Source of the DNA: a virus
Taxonomy: Duplodnaviria > Heunggongvirae > Uroviricota > Caudoviricetes
DNA: 17,816 nt
Virus record (IMG/VR): IMGVR_UViG_2939121850_000003
Direction: 5' to 3' (one strand)
The translations under genes and the position numbers were made by a program. The notes beneath the pieces are model-generated. The model saw only the letters and a program-made list of their open reading frames with translations, did no database searches and was not told where the DNA came from. Below, piece by piece: positions 15,487-17,816 of the stretch; position 1 is the first letter of the stretch; the number at the start of each line of letters is the position of its first letter.

Positions 15487-16143
15487 AAACTTTATATGGG
15501 TGCTATTTTTATAATAGCTGGTAAAAACTGGCCGAACTGAAATTCACTGTTGATAAAAAAGATGTGTTTGAGTGTATGTCATTGTTTTCTTAACGGAATC
15601 CACTAGAATGCAGCGAATTTAAGAAGGTGGGTTTTTATTGGAATATAAACTACAATAATGCTCAACTCGTTCGTAGAATTGTTTTTTCTTATTTTTTGGA
15701 ATGCTAACCATTATATGCATTATGGGGGCGATACTTCCTGATAATTTACATGATGCATACATTGAAGCAATAAATTCAATATCATTGTCATCAAAGTTAA
15801 AGCTTTCTCCGTCCATTTCAATTCCTTATGTGTTTGGCATAACTGATGCTGTATCCCATGAGAATTTATGCAAGTTGTTATGTTTGATTTGATATTGCAA
15901 TGATAATTGTAGCTAATTGTTTTCAATTGAGTGAAAGTTTATTTCGAGTGATTAAGTCGAAAAAAAAGATTTCTCACGGTTAGTAAGCGTATTAGGTTAG
16001 TATTCAGATATGAATGGTATTAATGACTAAATTTTCAATCATATATGGATTTTTATGCTGATGAAGATGTTTTATTTGGCGATTCGTCAAGCATCTTCAC
16101 TTAAGTAATCGTATATTTTAAGAGTGCAAAAGAGAAAGGGACA

Positions 16144-16240
16144 ACGTTGCTCGCACTCTGGATTAAATATAGGGTGTTGTTAAACTGCGTTGATACATAA
16201 TTGTACCGGATATTGAGTGGTCTGAAGTCCCAGTCATTAA
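16144..16240 (+). pseudogene. Third degenerate tfa C-terminal remnant
   Basis: Translation TLLALWIKYRVLLNCVDT* followed out of frame by VPDIEWSEVPV. Direct repeat of the two copies upstream. Confidence 0.5.
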
Positions 16241-16532
16241 GTAATCGTTTCGTGATATGCCGCAGAAACGTTGTATGCAATAACGTTCTGCGGTTGGCTG
16301 ATGCACTTTCGAGAGTGTATTGAATAATTTCAAGCCGTTATTGTTTTTACGCGTAACACCATGAAAAGACTGCTTATCTGTTGGGGTATTTTTTGGGGCA
16401 TATATGGGACAGAAATAGGCCACAGATAGATAGTAAGATCGAACTCAGGATGCTTTTGAAAAAATGTAACTATCTGAAAAAAACTAGAAAGCGCCAAGGA
16501 AACCACAGAATGAGAAAAAACATCTGTGAATT

Positions 16533-17816
16533 ATGGATTTCCAGTTATATTCGCTCGGCGCAGCGTTAGTGTTTCATGAAATATTTTTTCCTGAATCATC
16601 AACGGCAATGGCGTTAATTTTGGCAATGGGAACCTACGGTGCAGGTTATGTGGCGCGTATTGTCGGAGCATTTATTTTCGGCAAAATGGGCGACAGAATA
16701 GGGCGTAAAAAAGTGCTCTTTATTACCATCACCATGATGGGGATCTGTACTACCTTAATTGGTGTGTTACCGACCTATGCACAGATTGGTGTTTTTGCCC
16801 CCATCTTGCTGGTGACGCTGCGTATTATTCAGGGGTTGGGTGCAGGTGCGGAAATTTCCGGTGCCGGTACGATGCTGGCGGAATATGCACCAAAAGGTAA
16901 GCGCGGAATTATCTCCTCATTTGTAGCTATGGGAACTAACTGCGGAACCTTGAGCGCAACGGCAATCTGGGCCTTTATGTTCTTCATTCTCAGTAAAGAG
17001 GAACTGCTGGCGTGGGGATGGCGTATACCGTTCCTGGCGAGCGTTGTCGTGATGGTCTTTGCTATCTGGTTACGTATGAATCTGAAAGAAAGCCCGGTCT
17101 TTGAGAAGGTTAATGACAGCAACCAACCCACAGCAAAACCTGCACCTGCTGGTAGCATGTTCCAGAGCAAATCCTTCTGGCTGGCAACAGGGCTGCGTTT
17201 TGGTCAGGCGGGTAACTCCGGGTTAATTCAGACTTTCCTTGCAGGCTATTTAGTGCAGACGTTATTGTTTAACAAAGCAATTCCAACAGATGCATTGATG
17301 ATTAGTTCGATTCTCGGCTTTATGACCATTCCGTTCCTTGGTTGGTTATCCGATAAAATTGGTCGCCGGATCCCGTATATTATTATGAATACCTCCGCGA
17401 TTGTGCTGGCATGGCCAATGCTTTCTATCATTGTAGATAAAAGCTATGCCCCGAGCACCATTATGGTTGCACTGATTGTGATTCATAACTGTGCGGTGCT
17501 GGGATTATTTGCTCTGGAAAACATTACCATGGCAGAAATGTTCGGCTGTAAAAACCGCTTTACCCGGATGGCTATTTCTAAAGAAATTAGTGGTCTTATC
17601 GCTTCCGGTTTTGGTCCTATCCTGGCGGGTATTTTCTGCACCATGACGGAATCCTGGTATCCGATCGCCATTATGATCATGGCATATTCAGTAATTGGTT
17701 TAATCTCTGCGCTGAAAATGCCAGAGGTGAAAGACCGTGATTTAAGTGCGCTGGAAGACGCTGCGGAAGATCAACCGCGTGTTGTAAGAGCTGCGCAACC
17801 TTCCAGAAGTCTGTAA
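16533..17816 (+). CDS. ydfJ: MFS transporter, metabolite:H+ symporter (MHS) family, 5'-truncated (ydfJ-like)
   Basis: 427-aa ORF with MHS-family signatures (GDRIGRKKVLFITITMMG, WGWRIPFL, 12-TM-type hydrophobicity). It begins inside the conserved TM1 motif (expected ..EWYDFYLYG.., found MDFQLYSL), so the N-terminus is missing or frameshifted. The adjacent hokD and tail-fibre genes match the K-12 arrangement where Qin interrupts ydfJ. Symbol assigned from context and recalled length, not from a search. Confidence 0.75.
   Translation: MDFQLYSLGAALVFHEIFFPESSTAMALILAMGTYGAGYVARIVGAFIFGKMGDRIGRKKVLFITITMMGICTTLIGVLPTYAQIGVFAPILLVTLRIIQGLGAGAEISGAGTMLAEYAPKGKRGIISSFVAMGTNCGTLSATAIWAFMFFILSKEELLAWGWRIPFLASVVVMVFAIWLRMNLKESPVFEKVNDSNQPTAKPAPAGSMFQSKSFWLATGLRFGQAGNSGLIQTFLAGYLVQTLLFNKAIPTDALMISSILGFMTIPFLGWLSDKIGRRIPYIIMNTSAIVLAWPMLSIIVDKSYAPSTIMVALIVIHNCAVLGLFALENITMAEMFGCKNRFTRMAISKEISGLIASGFGPILAGIFCTMTESWYPIAIMIMAYSVIGLISALKMPEVKDRDLSALEDAAEDQPRVVRAAQPSRSL

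Noticed and set aside
15619-16423. Small minus-strand ORFs in the AT-rich region (15619-15816, 15720-15926, 16163-16423)
   Set aside because: They overlap each other or the decayed tfa remnant, have no clear ribosome-binding sites, and their lengths are what AT-rich noncoding DNA yields by chance.

Overview
No searches were run; every family assignment below comes from motifs read by eye in the ORF translations and the DNA. The window looks like an Escherichia-type chromosomal segment carrying a degraded Qin-like lambdoid prophage or island (about 1-16530) that abuts a 5'-truncated MFS transporter gene (ydfJ-like) at the right end. The left arm (minus strand) holds a tyrosine integrase, an excisionase-like gene, an 823-aa exonuclease with a C-terminal DEDDh domain, and two translationally coupled small ORFs. 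A divergent control region (about 4600-4900) leads rightward into a replication-initiator-like gene and a 140-aa gene. The centre (about 6400-11820) is accessory cargo, partly strongly AT-rich by eye. It encodes a GIY-YIG nuclease-domain protein, a 449-aa protein of no family I recognise, a short FimB/FimE-like tyrosine recombinase whose Shine-Dalgarno is buried in a perfect 12-bp hairpin, and a protein with an Mrr-like PD-(D/E)XK motif. Every gene junction in this block carries a copy of a 24-bp element with conserved GTCC...GGAC ends, all in the same orientation. The right part holds a small hydrophobic ORF, a hokD/relF-type Hok toxin with in-frame mok extension and a strong terminator, two small ORFs, and a tail-fibre C-terminal fragment with an S74-type chaperone motif. 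It ends with three decaying direct repeats of the Tfa C-terminal block separated by AT-rich ORF-poor DNA. The most interesting candidate is the nuclease/recombinase cargo block with its repeated junction elements, as a possible uncharacterised cassette-type or defence module.
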